Shown here in pieces: positions 40,385 to 55,350 of a DNA stretch of 64,000 nucleotides. The stretch is from Eledone cirrhosa (Eukaryota). The stretch covers positions 378,634,001 through 378,698,000 of the forward strand of contig OZ024741.1 in the NCBI GenBank assembly GCA_964016885.1, read 5' to 3'. The position numbers and the translations under genes were made by a program. Below the pieces are notes generated by a model. The model had not been told where the DNA came from. It was given only the letters and a program-made list of their open reading frames with translations, and did not search any database. Each line of letters starts with the position of its first letter. Within the stretch, counting starts at the first letter, position 1.

Positions 40385-41295
40385 AGTTCTTCTCGCTCGG
40401 AGAATATAACATTCCCGAGTTAAAATCACGAAGTGGCACAATACAGAACTGCTCCCGAAGTTCGAGATAACATTCTTCTCGTGTTACTGCTGCTATTTCT
40501 AGTGGCAGGACATTGACCTTTCCGCCCTTACCTTCTATCTTTACACACGACACGAGACAAGATTGTTCCTCATCATACACTCTCATCCGGGAGTAGTTCT
40601 GTATGGCGCCAGTTCGTGATTTGAACTCGAGAATTTTATTTTCTCCGAGTGAGAAGAACCGTCTGACGAACGTCTTCTTCTCAATGGAGTTCGGCATGGA
40701 TTATCCATTTATTTTGAGACTTGAAACCACGCTGTAAGGGTAATTATAGTAAGTACAGTAAACCTTTTAAAATTTATTTTAAAACTTTTTCTCTATTTGC
40801 TAAACCTTGATTATATATGTTCTGGCTCGTTAATTTATTAACCTACCGTAGAACCACATTGGCATACTGTTTAGATAATACATGTGTCCCTGTATGCATT
40901 TTTTGCACGTAGGGAAACATAATTTATTATTATTAATGTCCCCTAAGGTCGAGATAACATTTTGGTCGTTTTACTGCTGCTATTTCTAGTGGCAGGACAT
41001 TGACCTTTGCACCCTTGCTTTTTACCTTTACACACCGCACTAGACAAGATTTTCCTTATCATACACTGTCATCCGGGAACAGTTCTCTATGGCGCCAGTT
41101 CGTGATTTGAACTCGGGAATTTTATATTCTCCAAGTGATAAGAATCCTCTGACGGATGTTTTCTTCTCAATGGAGTTCGGCATGGATTATCCATTTATTT
41201 TGAGACTTGAAACCGCACGGTAAGTGTAATTATAGTAGGTACAGTAAACTTTTTAAAATTTACTTTAAAACTTTTTCTCTATTTGCTAAACCTTG

Positions 41296-41298
<3 letters not shown>
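40385..41298 (+). mobile_element. Partial tandem (period 486) hammerhead element with a 5' inversion
   Basis: ~40461-40815 is repeated at ~40948-41300; CTGACGA...GAAAC..GTA at 40663-40737 and 41149-41222; 40385-40457 is an inverted copy of ~40586-40659; ends in (TA)n. Confidence 0.78.
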
Positions 41299-41385
<87 letters not shown>

Positions 41386-41942
41386 ATATATATATAACAA
41401 ATAGTATATAAATTATATATGTGTGTGTGTGTAGGTATGCGTATGTTTGTGTCTGTGAACATGTGAGTGTCCTTAATAATACTCATAGAATAAACACCAA
41501 TGCAATAGAATAGAAGTAAATGTTATGTAAATCTATGCGCCGAGATTATGGGAACGGTCTGCCGTGTCAAACTAAATAGCATTTATAATTTTAAAGATTA
41601 GTTATATCACAAGGATGCAATCGGCAACAGTTCTACTCCGCGTCACGTAGTGTGTCAAACGTTGTCGACATATTCAATATGGTGTTGTTGTTTATCGATG
41701 AATGAAGAGCTAAATACTTGTTTGTTTTTATGACAATAGAAGTGTGGGCAAGGGGGCGAACGCATTATCGTGTGAATGCATGTCATAACAGTTTCATACA
41801 TATACATATATATATACACACCCCACATATATATACACATACAAACACACGCGCGCGCACACGCACACACACACACACACACGCGCACACAGATATTTAT
41901 ATATATAATAGTAAAAAAGAAAAGATTCAGTAGAAAATATTA

Positions 41943-42247
41943 AAGGGATTTTCTTTCAGAATAACATCGAAACATTTATTTACACAATAGGAACTTCCGG
42001 GTTATTTATAACAGTATCATCTTATAGGCGTCACATGACGGAAATGGAAAATGTGATCTTTTCTCTTTTTATATGTATGTAAAAATAATTTTCCCATGTT
42101 CTTATTGTTCTTAATAATATGTAATTTAATAGTACTTTACACTTCCGTCGTTGGAACACGCCTACAAGCCGAAACCGGTACAATTAATGCGGAAATTGCT
42201 ATTTTGTAACTAAATGTGTTAATGTTATTCTCAGAAAGAAGTCCCTT
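41943..42247. repeat. Old diverged fold-back element
   Basis: AAGGGATTTTCTTTCAGAATAACAT... vs ...ATGTTATTCTCAGAAAGAAGTCCCTT; residual GCCGAAACCGGTA hammerhead 3' half at ~42168-42180. Confidence 0.6.
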
Positions 42248-42361
42248 TAGCATTTGGTAGTGTTTTTTTCTTTTTCTCTATATTTTAAATATATGAAATC
42301 GTGTGTGAATTCTCTACATTCCATATATATATATATACTTATATATATATATATATATATG

Positions 42362-42790
42362 AAATAAACTAAAATAAATAAGTCAAATGTTTTAAATTTG
42401 GCTTCGTTTATTACTGCTATATATATTTCGGTGACAGCCATCTTTGGCTGTGACCTCTTCTGGCAGACCGAATTAGTGTGGTAGAGACATGTTGTTGAGG
42501 TGTTTAACTTTGTCAATACTCTGATATGCCCAGTTCCTGATTGGGTTGTTATTTCACTGAGGAACTGGAATCATATGATTCAACAACATGTGTACTCGTC
42601 TCTACCACACTAATTCGGACTGCCTCAAGAGGTCACAGCCAAATATGGCTGTCACCGAAATATATATAGCAGTAATAAATGAAGCCAATTTTTAAACATT
42701 TGACTAATTTATTTTAGTTTATTTTACATTATTCCGGAGTAACCAAAACAACCTGAGCAGTCGTCGAGTGCTCCAATCTGCATACTTAGG
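42362..42790. mobile_element. Fold-back element (arms 42362-42498 / 42580-42724) with a hammerhead-like core in each arm
   Basis: CTCAAGA/CAGAAGA-ggtcacagcc..ggctgtcacc-GAAAT (two-arm consensus CTGAAGA); bounded by (TA)n. Confidence 0.8.
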
Positions 42791-42804
42791 TGTTGGTATA
42801 TACT

Positions 42805-42871
<67 letters not shown>

Positions 42872-43247
42872 TGTGTGTATGTGTGTGTATATATATATGC
42901 GTATGTATATGCATAATTACATACAGAGCGGTTTAATGTTTATTTTCATTGATTATTATATCCTGTATCGCTGTCAACTTTATAATACTTTTTATTTTTA
43001 TTTTCTTAAGTCGTATAATTTTAATTTTAATTTTTATGTGACGGCCTATTGCAATATATGGTCGTCCATTGTTTTTTATTTTTATTTTTTTTATTATTAT
43101 GTTTTCTCATAATTAAATGTGTGTGTGCGTATGTAGGTGTGTAGACAGATATCTATATCTGTGTGTGCGTATGTATGCGTGTATATATGTGTGTATGTAT
43201 GTGTGTGTATGTACGTGTGTATATATGTATGATTATGTGTGTGTGTG

Positions 43248-43304
<57 letters not shown>

Positions 43305-43431
43305 GTGTGTGTGTTTGTGTATTTGTGTGTATGTGCATGTATGGATATGGATATATATAGATATATATATATGTGTGTATGTATGTATATGTATATATAT
43401 ATATATGTATGTGTATGTGTATATATGTGTG

Positions 43432-43502
<71 letters not shown>

Positions 43503-43666
43503 ATGTATATATGTGTGTGCGTGTGTGTGTCTGTGTGTGCATGTGGGTTTATCTACTTTTATACTTATTCTTTTTCCTTTCCTTCTTCCTTTTCCAGCCT
43601 CACTTTCATATTTCCTAAATTTTGTTTTCAAATCCATATTTAAGAAAAACACCATGGTATTTATTG

Positions 43667-43721
43667 TTTCTGACGACTGAAGACAGACACAACAACTGCC
43701 TTCAGGAAACCACTGGTAAAT
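43667..43721 (+). ncRNA. Hammerhead ribozyme motif in a PLE-type tail (~43545-43820)
   Basis: CTGACGA-ctgaagacag..ctgccttcag-GAAAC-cactg-GTA; followed by the GCTCTGTAG..CTACATAGAGC hairpin at 43761-43781. Confidence 0.75.
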
Positions 43722-43898
43722 GAAATAATTATCTTATGTTGTTTATTACATAACTAATAAGCTCTGTAGCCTACATAGAGCACTCTTTTTTCCTGTACCT
43801 TTCCGTCGGAAATACTTCATTTACACACACACACACACAAACACATATATACATACACATACACAGACACACACACACACACGCGCGCACACACACAT

Positions 43899-44654
<756 letters not shown>

Positions 44655-44655
44655 G

Positions 44656-44700
<45 letters not shown>

Positions 44701-44739
44701 GAGGCAGTTATAGTTCACTTGAAGCATTGTGTAATGAGG

Positions 44740-45218
44740 TATAAACGTTTGTATATGTATAATAAAGCCAAAACAATGCAGGTATGGAATAGAATAAAGA
44801 ATGCAAATGCAAAATATATTGTTGACAATTAGTCTTTTACCTTAGATTTCTTTAAATGTCCTTAATTTTCGAGATAATATCTCTTCTTCGGAGGGAAGTA
44901 AAGCGGTTAAACCAGTGTTCTAAATAGCTTACCAAGTCATGCTGACAGGAAATGGTATAGAGTATCTGTTCTATCTCTAATGTCAAAGAATTAAGGTTAG
45001 GTGGATAAAGAGTACTCTCCCTTTAAACGGGTTCTTTTTTACATGCCTGTTTAAGTATGTGGGAGAATGCGTGAATGTGTAAGTATGTGTGCGTGTTTGT
45101 GTGTGAGTGTGCGAAGATATGTCTATACGTAAATGAGGGGGATAGATGTTCTCTCGTGTTAGAACTGGTCTTTGTGTGTGTATGTGTGTGAGAGAGAATA
45201 AGTGGAGGTGTAAGCGTG

Positions 45219-45276
<58 letters not shown>

Positions 45277-45600
45277 TGAGTGTGTGCTTGTGTGTGGGAG
45301 AGGGTGTAAATACGGGGCTAGATGCTCTATCAAGTTATGAATTGGGTGTTGAGTTCTAATCTATTATTGATTGGTGATATTGTTTTGTCTATAATTAGTG
45401 TTTCCTTAATTCTATTTAGAACACTGGTTAAACCGCTTTACTTCCCTCCGAAGAAGAGATATTATCTCGAAAATGAAGGACATTTAAAGAAATCTAAGGT
45501 AAAAGACTAATTGTCAACAATATCTTTTGCATTTGCATTCTTTATTCTATATCTATACCTGCATTGCTTTGGCTTTATTATACTTATAAAAACGTTTATA
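44740..45600. mobile_element. Fold-back element (arms 44740-44927 / 45412-45600)
   Basis: Clear reverse-complement arms containing CCGAAGA-agagat..atctc-GAAA; spacer contains (GT)n. Confidence 0.82.
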
Positions 45601-45616
45601 TATATATATATATATA

Positions 45617-45910
45617 GTAATAATAACAAATTTGAAGACTAAAATCAAAAGAGGGCTCGATAAGGTTAAATATATATCAAATATATAAGAACCGTAGAAC
45701 AAATATTTATTAAAATAACAGATTAAAGATTAAGCAAAGAATCGGTGCTTTCCCCCTTAACGGGAACTTCTGAAACTAAAAAAAAAATCAATCAATCTAT
45801 CAAAGCAGAAGTAAATAATTACTTCTGCGTTCACAGATTGATTTTTTTAGTTTCAGCAGATCCCGTTAAGGGTGAAAGCAGCCATTCTTTGCCTAAACTT
45901 TAATCTGTTA

Positions 45911-45918
<8 letters not shown>
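45617..45918. mobile_element. Spacer-less fold-back element (arms 45708-45814 / 45819-45918) plus tail
   Basis: GCAGAAGTAA-ataa-TTACTTCTGC centre; degenerate hammerhead CCC-gttaa-GGG stem with GAAAGC; (TA)n on both sides. Confidence 0.75.
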
Positions 45919-45995
<77 letters not shown>

Positions 45996-46006
<11 letters not shown>

Positions 46007-47325
46007 AAGAATCAAAGAACTGTTCAAAACATTATTGTGCTTACAGCTGTTTCCTCCAAACCGAGGTTTGGATTCTTCGGAGCAATTTATTAATGCATGG
46101 ACAGTTATATGACCTCGTTTTCAGCCGAGAGACATACCGATACATATTCAAACATTGATACATATTCAAACATTGTGGGTCAACATTCATTACAGAATTT
46201 AGAGTGGCAGTACACACTTCGAGATTACATTTATATTAAGAGGTACAATCAAAAATCAAAAATACAGGTTAAAATACAACATGAAGATAAGCGGTTATAT
46301 AGTGCAAATGTTATATGTGTGGCACGCATGTGCGTCTTGTTTATATAGTGTGGCAGAGAGATATGTGTTGTAGAGGCACTTAGGTAGGTAAACAAGAGTG
46401 TTAGGTTGGTAGATCTGGTGGCAAATTCTTTATATGATTGATATAGTCTGTGTGTGGAGAAATGTTATAAGCATTAAAAATAGTGCAAGCATTAAAAGTG
46501 TTAAAAGTATTGGAGATGCACAGCGAAGGGATGTCAAGTATTTCATGTACTTCGATATTTTCATGGTCAGGGGAGTGTATTTTTCGATTATATGCCCCTC
46601 ACATAATCCACGACAATTCGATATTGAGCGTTTGACAATCCATTTAGAGATCGTAGTCTGGTGTTCTTTAGTTCAATACAGGAGGCTGTTACGTTTCGAG
46701 AATCGCCATTGAATACTACCCGGATATAAAGAATTTGCCACCAGATCTACCAACCTAACACTCTTGTTTACCTACCTAAGTGCCTCTACCACACATATCT
46801 CTCTGCCACACTATATAAACAAGACGCACATGCGTGCCTCACATATAATATTTGCACTATATAACCGCTTATCTTCATGTTGTATTTTAACCTGTATTTT
46901 TGATTTTTGATTGTACCTCTTAATATAAATGTAATCTCGAAGTGTGTACTGCCACTCTAAATTCTGTAATGAATGTTGACCCACAATGTTTGAATATGTA
47001 TCAATGTTTGAATATGTATCGGTATGTCTCTCGGCTGAAAACGAGGTCATATAACTGTCTATGCATTAATAAATTGCTCCGAAGAATCCAAACCTCGGTT
47101 TGGAGGAAACAGCTGTAAGCACAATAATGTTTTGAACAGTTCTTTGATTCTTATATTTCATATAACTGCTCTGTAAATCATCTGATGTGTTTACATTGAG
47201 CTACTTAACTTACTGGTAATAATGTAGTAATACATTACTGACTACCACTATTTAGGGTGTGTCTAAAATACTTATAACTGCATAAGGTTTTGTATTTACA
47301 TAACTATAAATAGTATAACTAATAC
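45996..47325. mobile_element. Young fold-back element (arms 45996-46434 / 46724-47163, near identical) plus tail
   Basis: Mirror ORFs 46097-46348(+) and 46811-47050(-) in the track; hammerhead gct-CCGAAGA-atccaaacc..ggtttggag-GAAAC-agct-GTA-agc at 47076-47120, mirrored at ~46043-46084. Confidence 0.9.
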
Positions 47326-47331
47326 TATATA

Positions 47332-47404
<73 letters not shown>

Positions 47405-49883
47405 CGAAGAGTATTTTCGTAGATGCAAAGAGATTTATACAATAGAATGCCGGTGGGTATTGTCGCAAAACGTCTAGTAGAAAATTTAAAGCGGTCACCA
47501 AGTACACAAATATTACATTTTATATGCTATTGCCTTTCCAAGAAGGTTCACAATAGTACATAATTTCCTCCATGCTGAAATAATTTCAAGTATTTAGATT
47601 TTTGTTCGGCTAGATATTTTCTCAGAAATGGAGAAGTTGGCAATTTAGAATACCATTTTAATTAAAATTTGAATCAAGCCACAATTCTAAATAACTAAGG
47701 AAATTTGAGAACTAACAAATAAAGCAAATTGTACAAAGGAAAGATATAAGTGTAAAGCTCATGATATTGATTTCAATGTTTTTATTGTTTTAGCCTGGCG
47801 CCTCTAATTCAATTTAATTAAGTATTTCAAGATAAGAAGAATATATTAAATGCAGACAATGTAAGGGGTAGTAATTAATATTCCTCAAGAAGGTAGAAGG
47901 TATTACACCTACACAATTTGTCAATTTATTGAAATCATTTCCCTCTTGTATATGCAGTCTGAAACACTAGATATTCTAATACCTGCATACACACACGCGC
48001 ACATTTATGCATATCTATAGATATTCGATAATATTGCGTCTTACTACAATCACTCTGTCCTGAATAGGAACGTTAAAGTCAATGTTAAGTACACACCCAA
48101 TCATTCCCGAACCAAATTACGAAATTATATCACTTAAAGTAAAGACTAATGTTGGTAGGACGTTTCAGATATAATAGATAGGCATTTTTCACCACAACAT
48201 AGATACAGTAAAATGTTCTCTTCAATCGTAATTACGTCGTGTATCCTATTCATATTGCTAATAATATATCCGACGATAATCGCCGCTTGTGGGATTAAAG
48301 TGAACTGCCTTCTCCAAAAATATTATAATATAAACCCCTTGCTGTTGAGGAAGAGCTTATACTCAAGACCAACGAAAATAATGGAATTAGCGAAATATAC
48401 AATATGGTGCATGAATGCCGTAAAGAAAGTGTTTATATGTATTTCTATTACCTCAGAGGACAGACAGTACAACCTTGGTAACAATCGTCTGGCAATTAAA
48501 GGAGAAATGGCTTCTTCAGAAGTTTACTTTGAAAATACTTGAAATATCCAGACCCAAGAACGATGATACTAAGATATTTCGACTCTGTTTTGGTGAAAAA
48601 TCTATAATATTACAGATTTTATGATCTCGGAAGAATACATATTTGAACGCAAATAGCGTAATATTTAGAGAATGCTTACTAAGAGGAAATGCTAAAACCA
48701 TTGTATTGATTTTCAACCACTTTAATTCAATTTATATACTTCCGTAATATGTTTCCTGAATGTAATATAATACTCCACTCTCTACATTACTAAATACTAC
48801 CATTTATATATTACATTCCACTACACAATACAATACTTCAGATATAGCCTACGATCACTAACACGTGCAAAACCAAGACAAAGTCAAAATTGTTAATAAT
48901 TCCTGGACATATCCAAAAGTGAAATGATGAACAACATTATTATTATAGGGACAACCTTATATTGTCTCTCGTCCTCATCGTTTCAATAATTATTGTTTGA
49001 AACCTCTGCCATTAGATGTGCTTATGCCTGGCATTATATAGGAACAATTCTCGTGTATAAAATACGCTTTACAAGACATGCAAGGAGATATGGCTCCCAA
49101 GAAATGGAACACATGGTTTGCCTTAAATGAGATAGACGTCCCGCTCTTCAGATGGCGTATATTCCAATATATGAGACAAATGGAAATGACTACTTTTAAT
49201 ATTGAGTTGTAGGTGACATAGGATTTCATACTTAATGCAGTGCGCATGTGGATAAGAGTTGATAGAGTATGAAAATAATGGCTCTTTTGAATTAATGCTA
49301 CACCACATTTTTCTCAACAAATGGAAAAGGGGCAATTTGTCTTTTTATTGATCTGATGACAAGTTGTCACAAGAAACAACAGAGTAGTTTACAAAACGCC
49401 CCTCTACATCCTGAAATATCATGAGTTTCAACCCGAAGAATGACATTCTGAGCTGCAAGCCTAACAAAGTTGTGTTGAGCAAGACGTACAGACCTACATG
49501 TATGTATGCCCTCTTCTCGTCACGAATGTTGCAAAGCGAAAGAAAAACATACATACAGTTTGACATCAAATACTGTGAATCATGTTTGGCAGCTGATTTG
49601 AAATTAGATACGGGAATTAAAGTACATTTTACAAACACACATTCTGTTGTCCAATTTGGGAATCGTGTATGATTCTGAGCTCAAACGATAACCAATAAGT
49701 CTAGCTTCTGTTTGAATTTATGTTTTAATTAAGTTTTCTTACTTTGAAGAGGGAAAATCAAATTACTTATATTTTCAGCCGCAGTGTGGTGTGGCTAAAT
49801 TTAAATTTGAAGTCACATATGCATTATGCATCCTTGAGCATTACTTGAGGTAACAAAAAAGTGTTTATTATAATTTTTTAACA

Positions 49884-50032
49884 GATGGTGGATTGGCAGT
49901 ATCGGTAGAGGGTCGGACGCCATGCTTTGCAGCACAATTACGTCCCTTTGCGGATGAGTTGAAATCCCGCCGAGGTTAACTTTGCCTTTGATCCTTACGG
50001 GGTCGATAAAATAAAGTACCAGTAATACACTC
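49884..50032 (+). mobile_element. tRNA-derived SINE family A, 3'-truncated
   Basis: Same head and core as the other copies. Confidence 0.85.
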
Positions 50033-50856
50033 GATTAATCATATTCAGTGATTCGTATTCAGACTTAAGTTAATCAGAATATATAAAAATATTTACATAT
50101 ATCTTGTTAATTCAGACAATTGAGATGTAGCATTAACTCTACTGTTCAGAATAGAGGGAAATATTGAATAAATTAATTGGTAGCGGAGTATCATACCAGA
50201 GAAATATTTTGTCTATGCTTTAAAATATCTAATAGCATATACAGGCAGTATAACATTAACAAGCAGTAAACTTGAGTTGAAATGTTCATATAACTATGTA
50301 TAAACTTCTATGCATTATTTTCTTTTAAAGTTCCTGGTAACATACTATCTCTCAGCAAAAGCAGATGCAGGCCAAGTCACTAATTGGCTGAAATATGACT
50401 CTAAATCTGGAAAGTAAAGTAACATAATCCCTGTTTTGCATTGCCAAGAATTAACAGTTTTGAAGAAAGAAGAAGAAAATAATATTTTTAGGTCATACAC
50501 TAGGTTAGTGAATCCGCTTTTTCTTTAGATTATCATCGTAATGGAGAAATAAATATTGCTTATAGCCAAAATTAAGAATTTTGGAATCAATCCAATATAA
50601 TGGCCTACGCAGTGATAATAATTGGCCCATATTATTGATTAAGAGCTGGAACAAATACAGGATATATTTATTTTCTGACTTTTGTAATAACAGAACGAAA
50701 CAAAAACAAAAAAACAACAAAACCAATCATATAAATATTTTTAAATATAATAAATTTTTAATTAACGATAATATAACCAGAAACAAATTTTCTCCCCGAG
50801 GTATGAAGAAAATATAAATATATTTTCTAATGTTTGATGTATATATATACATGTAA

Positions 50857-50889
<33 letters not shown>

Positions 50890-51023
50890 CGCCCACACAC
50901 ACACGCATATATATACATATATAGGAAGACGATCGACTTTCGTCAAATCGGACCGAGGGAACAATGTTTCCGTTGGTCTTTCCAATTGCTAATACTATCT
51001 ATCCGTCGCAACTCCAGGTAGAA

Positions 51024-51143
51024 GAAGCAACGTGAAATAAAGTGTCTTGCTCAAGGACATAACGCATCACCTGGTCCAGGAATCGAACTCACAACCTTAC
51101 GATTGCGAATCGAATTCTCTAACCACTCAGCCACACGCCTTCA
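51024..51143 (-). mobile_element. tRNA-derived SINE family B, 5' part
   Basis: Minus strand A box TGGCTGAGTGG, B box GAGTTCGATTCC, then the GTCCTTGAGCAAGACACTT core. Confidence 0.8.
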
Positions 51144-51156
51144 TATATATATATAA

Positions 51157-51188
<32 letters not shown>

Positions 51189-51216
51189 GTGTATATATAT
51201 ATATATATATACATAC

Positions 51217-51282
<66 letters not shown>

Positions 51283-51439
51283 ATGTGTGTGTGTGTGTGT
51301 GTATGCGCCTGTGTCTGTGTACGCATTTCCAACTAATTCATACAGACATGCATCTGTGCAAAAATATTTATACATGTATGTTTCGGTGCACAGCTGTATG
51401 AGTTTGAGTGTGGGCGTGAATGTTCGTTTTTGTGAGAGG

Positions 51440-51485
<46 letters not shown>

Positions 51486-52429
51486 TTATATTCATCAATT
51501 TATACATAATTGTAACCACGAAGACATCTACGACAGAGACATATGAGTATACATTTATTAATCTCCACTCACACCAAGACATATAATTACACAGAATTGT
51601 GTGCCTGGGTATATAATATTACGGAACATAAAACTATTTAGCAACATTGTTTAGTGTTTTAAAACTTGACAGTTTAATCAAGATTTGCTTTTATAATCTT
51701 AAATAGATTTCTGAAAACAGTCTTCCGAATCGTCCCTATGTAATTATCATGTTTGTATATACCATTCTCGTTTGTTTAGTCAGTCGTTGAATATCAGAAA
51801 GAAAGATTTCTAGAATTGCAGATATGTATTGAAGCATTTAGATATTATTTCTCAATGTAACGACAACATAAACATATATAGAATGGTGCATCATATTTAA
51901 TAATCGAAAACAATTGCTATCAATGTTCAACAAACATCTCAAATCTAGTAACACATAGTATAGCATACCTGTAAAGTAAGCAAACCTTCAATAATGTAAA
52001 CGATTGGTTTCCAACTGTTACATATGTTTGGTCTATGAAGCCTATACTGCCGCTAAAAATCAATAACTATAACCAAAACAAACATTACTTATAGTAAGCC
52101 ATTATTCAAATCATCTTGTCCATAATTTCTCTAAAGTAATAATGAAGTTTTAAATAATTAGCCCTATATATTCTATTTAGATTTGTAGTATCTCTGTTAT
52201 AGATTATCTATATTTACATGCATAAATATGTGACTGATCATCCATTGGCAATAAATAATTTATCAATATATTTTTCTGTGTGAGTAGAAATGTAGAGAAG
52301 AGATGAACATAATACGTAGCAATGCATAATAATATCGGTGAATCTTATCTTGCATTGGTACAAAATCATGCGTAATCCATCCTCTTAGGTCTAGTAGAGT
52401 AGAACATTAATATTAATATAATTTAATAG

Positions 52430-52620
52430 GAAGGTCGTAGATAGGTAGAATTGCCATTGCTGTACTTGTGAATCTGTATCTTCCTAGTTCAAATTGTGCC
52501 GAGATTAAATTTGCTTTCATCCTTTTTGTATCGAAAAATGATAGTACTCATTCAATTGAGATTGATTTCATCAACATGTCCCAAAATCCGCTACCCCGGG
52601 GCCTACATTGGAAACCAATA
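52430..52620 (+). mobile_element. Highly diverged SINE related to family A
   Basis: AGTTCAAATTGTGCCGAGATTAAATTTGCTTTCATCCTTT...TCGAAAAATGATAGTAC. Confidence 0.55.
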
Positions 52621-53019
52621 TAATCGTACATGGAATGACAAAAAGCAAATACATATAGAGTAGAACCACGAACATATTAAACAAACTAAACAATATACGA
52701 ATGCTATTGAGAACGCAACCAAATCTATTGTGTAGTTCAGCCTAAGGAATTATAAGAATTAAATTGTTACTATTGAAGTAATCCCTAACATCGTCGTTTC
52801 TTATATACTAAAATTATATAGGGCCATAAAGAAACGATATCTGTAGAATGTAAGATTATGAATTTTAATTAAACATATTCCAATCTGAAAGATATAAAAT
52901 ATGGGGAGATTGTGTTCACATATATTGAAATTGAAAAGATTGTTATGGTAAAAATGATATAGTGTGATTATAATAAATCATGGGGCTGTTCTCAGGCAAC
53001 CTCAAGTGGCGAAAGGAAA

Positions 53020-54345
53020 ATACAGCGTTTTTGACTTAACAAAATCGTTGATTACAGTGAGCAGAAAGAGTAATGTAACAGATCATGGAATGAGTATGAG
53101 CTGCCCTCCAAAGTTACTGAATATAACATTCCGCTAAACGACGACCATTATGGCCAGGTCAGTTTTAACAGTTACCTCCCTTAGCCAGTCCATATCATCT
53201 ACTGAGTGAAGTAGTGTTGCGCCCTGGCACTGTGTCTCTTTACCATCTTCTTCGGCATGATGATCTGGTAGGCAACAACAGATTTAGAGGATGATGACAA
53301 CGTCTGCATCAGTTACTGTCTTGATGACAGCCTGTTTAATCTTCGTCGAACACAGGCCCACACGAAGAAACTGGAGCAGCTCATCCGCGAAAATCCCTTG
53401 CCGACGATGTTGATCTTGTTGCCCACACAAGAATAGCCTTCTAGGGCATCAATTCCTGATTCGAAGTGGCTGCCCAGTTCTAGGACTGGAGGTAAGCTTA
53501 AGGAAGAAGAACGTATCCCAACAGTCTGCACTTCAGGAAGATTATCGTCCTCCCCATATCACGATTGGTGAGACTGAACTGTAAACAGACCATTATTTCA
53601 CCTACCTGGGGTGCGCCATCACATGAGATGTCAACATCAAAGGTAACTAGTGCATTTAGCAGACTGTACAAACACCTGTAAAACAATGAAATCACGAGAG
53701 GAGTAATAAGATCAAAGTTTACAGAGCCATAGAACTTACCAATCTCCTGTGTGGTTCAGAGTCATGGATCACTTATCGCCACCACTTTCGGTTCCTCGAT
53801 ATTTTCCCCCAGTGTTTCCTTTGTACCATCCTCAACATCCACTGGTGCGATTCTGTCACAATTGCGGAAGTCCTTGAATGCTCACAGTTCGCCTGTGTTG
53901 AGGTCATGCTGCTGAAGTCCCAGTTATATTGGACGCCTCATGTCATCAGGATAGAGGATTTTCACCTGCGCAGGATCATGATGTATAGTGAACACTCGAT
54001 TGGCCATCGTAACAGGGTGAGCCAAAGAAGCAATAAAAGGACAGTTTGAAAGAATCCATTTGTGCCTGTCATATCAACCATCATTTGTGATCCACCATAA
54101 CTGAGAACTTTGACGCCTGGCGCCTCAACATAAACAATGCTGTCTTCCTCGGAAACGCCAACCTGAAAGTCAGAAGGCACATGAGGAAGAACTGCAACAC
54201 TAACCAGACCTTCAACTTCAGCCACTGTGGCCGTGCCTGACTGTCCCGCTTTGGTTTGGACAGCCACTAACTATCGTGCTTGCAGTCAACGTTGACCACT
54301 CACTTCATAATTTTTGTTCGCGAAGCAGCCAACATATGAATGAAT
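53020..54345 (+). mobile_element. RTE (BovB-like) LINE RT/3' remnant, heavily decayed
   Basis: DLTK, CPPK, LFTIFF, DDSLFNLRRTQAHTK, ADD.DLVAH, FTYLG, LLCGSESWITY, ILNIHW across shifting frames; ends with GAAT repeats. Confidence 0.8.
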
Positions 54346-54535
54346 AAAACTCACAAACTAAGATTACACTAAGGCTTCTCAATGGTGACATAACGCTGTG
54401 TGTATATTTAAGCCAAGTAATCTAAACTGAAAGAACCTGGGTGTGATACGTGTCATAATTCTTCCCTAGAATACTAGTTATACATCGCTATGTGAAATAT
54501 GACTTACACACGCGCGCGCGCGCACACACACAGAA

Positions 54536-54566
<31 letters not shown>

Positions 54567-54639
54567 CACAAAAACATACATATATATATATATGCTTACA
54601 TAGTTAAGGCAAATTGTCGCATGCTAAACTATATATCTC

Positions 54640-55350
54640 ATGGTTGTCCATCGTAAACGATGATGGCATCTTTATTGTTGTTCCCGTCTGCCGTGAGCAC
54701 GAAGGTGGCTGTGGCGGCCGATCCTTGACTTGCAGGTCCGGGCAGATTGGAGGCAAGGGAAGAGACCGGAGTCAGACCGGCTACTCCTAGAGGTTACCTC
54801 CACCTCTCGCCTATCTTCGCAGGGCTTTTGGAGGCACGCTAAAGAAGAAACCTGTGCGGGAAAGGTTTATAGTGTGAGGGCCAGTGCACAGTGACGGTCC
54901 CAGTCACTCGGCCGCAGAAGCCAGAATCTCGTGGTACGGAGGAACGTCAAGACCAGGGACTTCCTTGGCTGCAGTTGATGGCCACGACGTCTTTAGTGCC
55001 TTGCAGTGCCCTAGCGCTCCACACGGCTTGCTGTCGCCGCCTTTGTGACCGTTGGGACGATGTCGTTCTCCTTCACTCACTCGGCGGGGTCCAGTCTTCG
55101 CATGCAGAGGCAGGCACCCCCTATCTAACTCACCAGGGGGTTTCAGACCCGTCAGGCTACCCTTAACCTAGTTCGGCCCGCCAGCCTAGGCAGTTTACCG
55201 GAGTGTGGCCGCTGTGGCATGCTACAGCTTCTTGGGGCCACAGGTGAGAGCTGAGTGTCAGGTGGGATCCAATGCAGAACGAGCTATCCTGAAAAGGGTA
55301 TGGCTATCCCTACCTACAGAGGTACATGCCCCTCCCTGATACCCCAGGAA
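54640..55350 (-). mobile_element. Probable RTE-type LINE 5' UTR fragment
   Basis: GC-rich island between microsatellites resembling RTE-BovB 5' regions; no firm protein motif. Confidence 0.4.

Noticed and set aside
46097-47050. Pair of near-identical ORFs as duplicated genes or a toxin-antitoxin-like pair
   Set aside because: Products of the inverted arms, antisense to the hammerhead strand, with no domain.
49353-49385. CTGATGA...GAAAC as a hammerhead
   Set aside because: Stem II does not close and no PLE-tail context.
51060-51143. Functional tRNA gene
   Set aside because: A/B boxes run into a SINE core; no complete acceptor stem or terminator.
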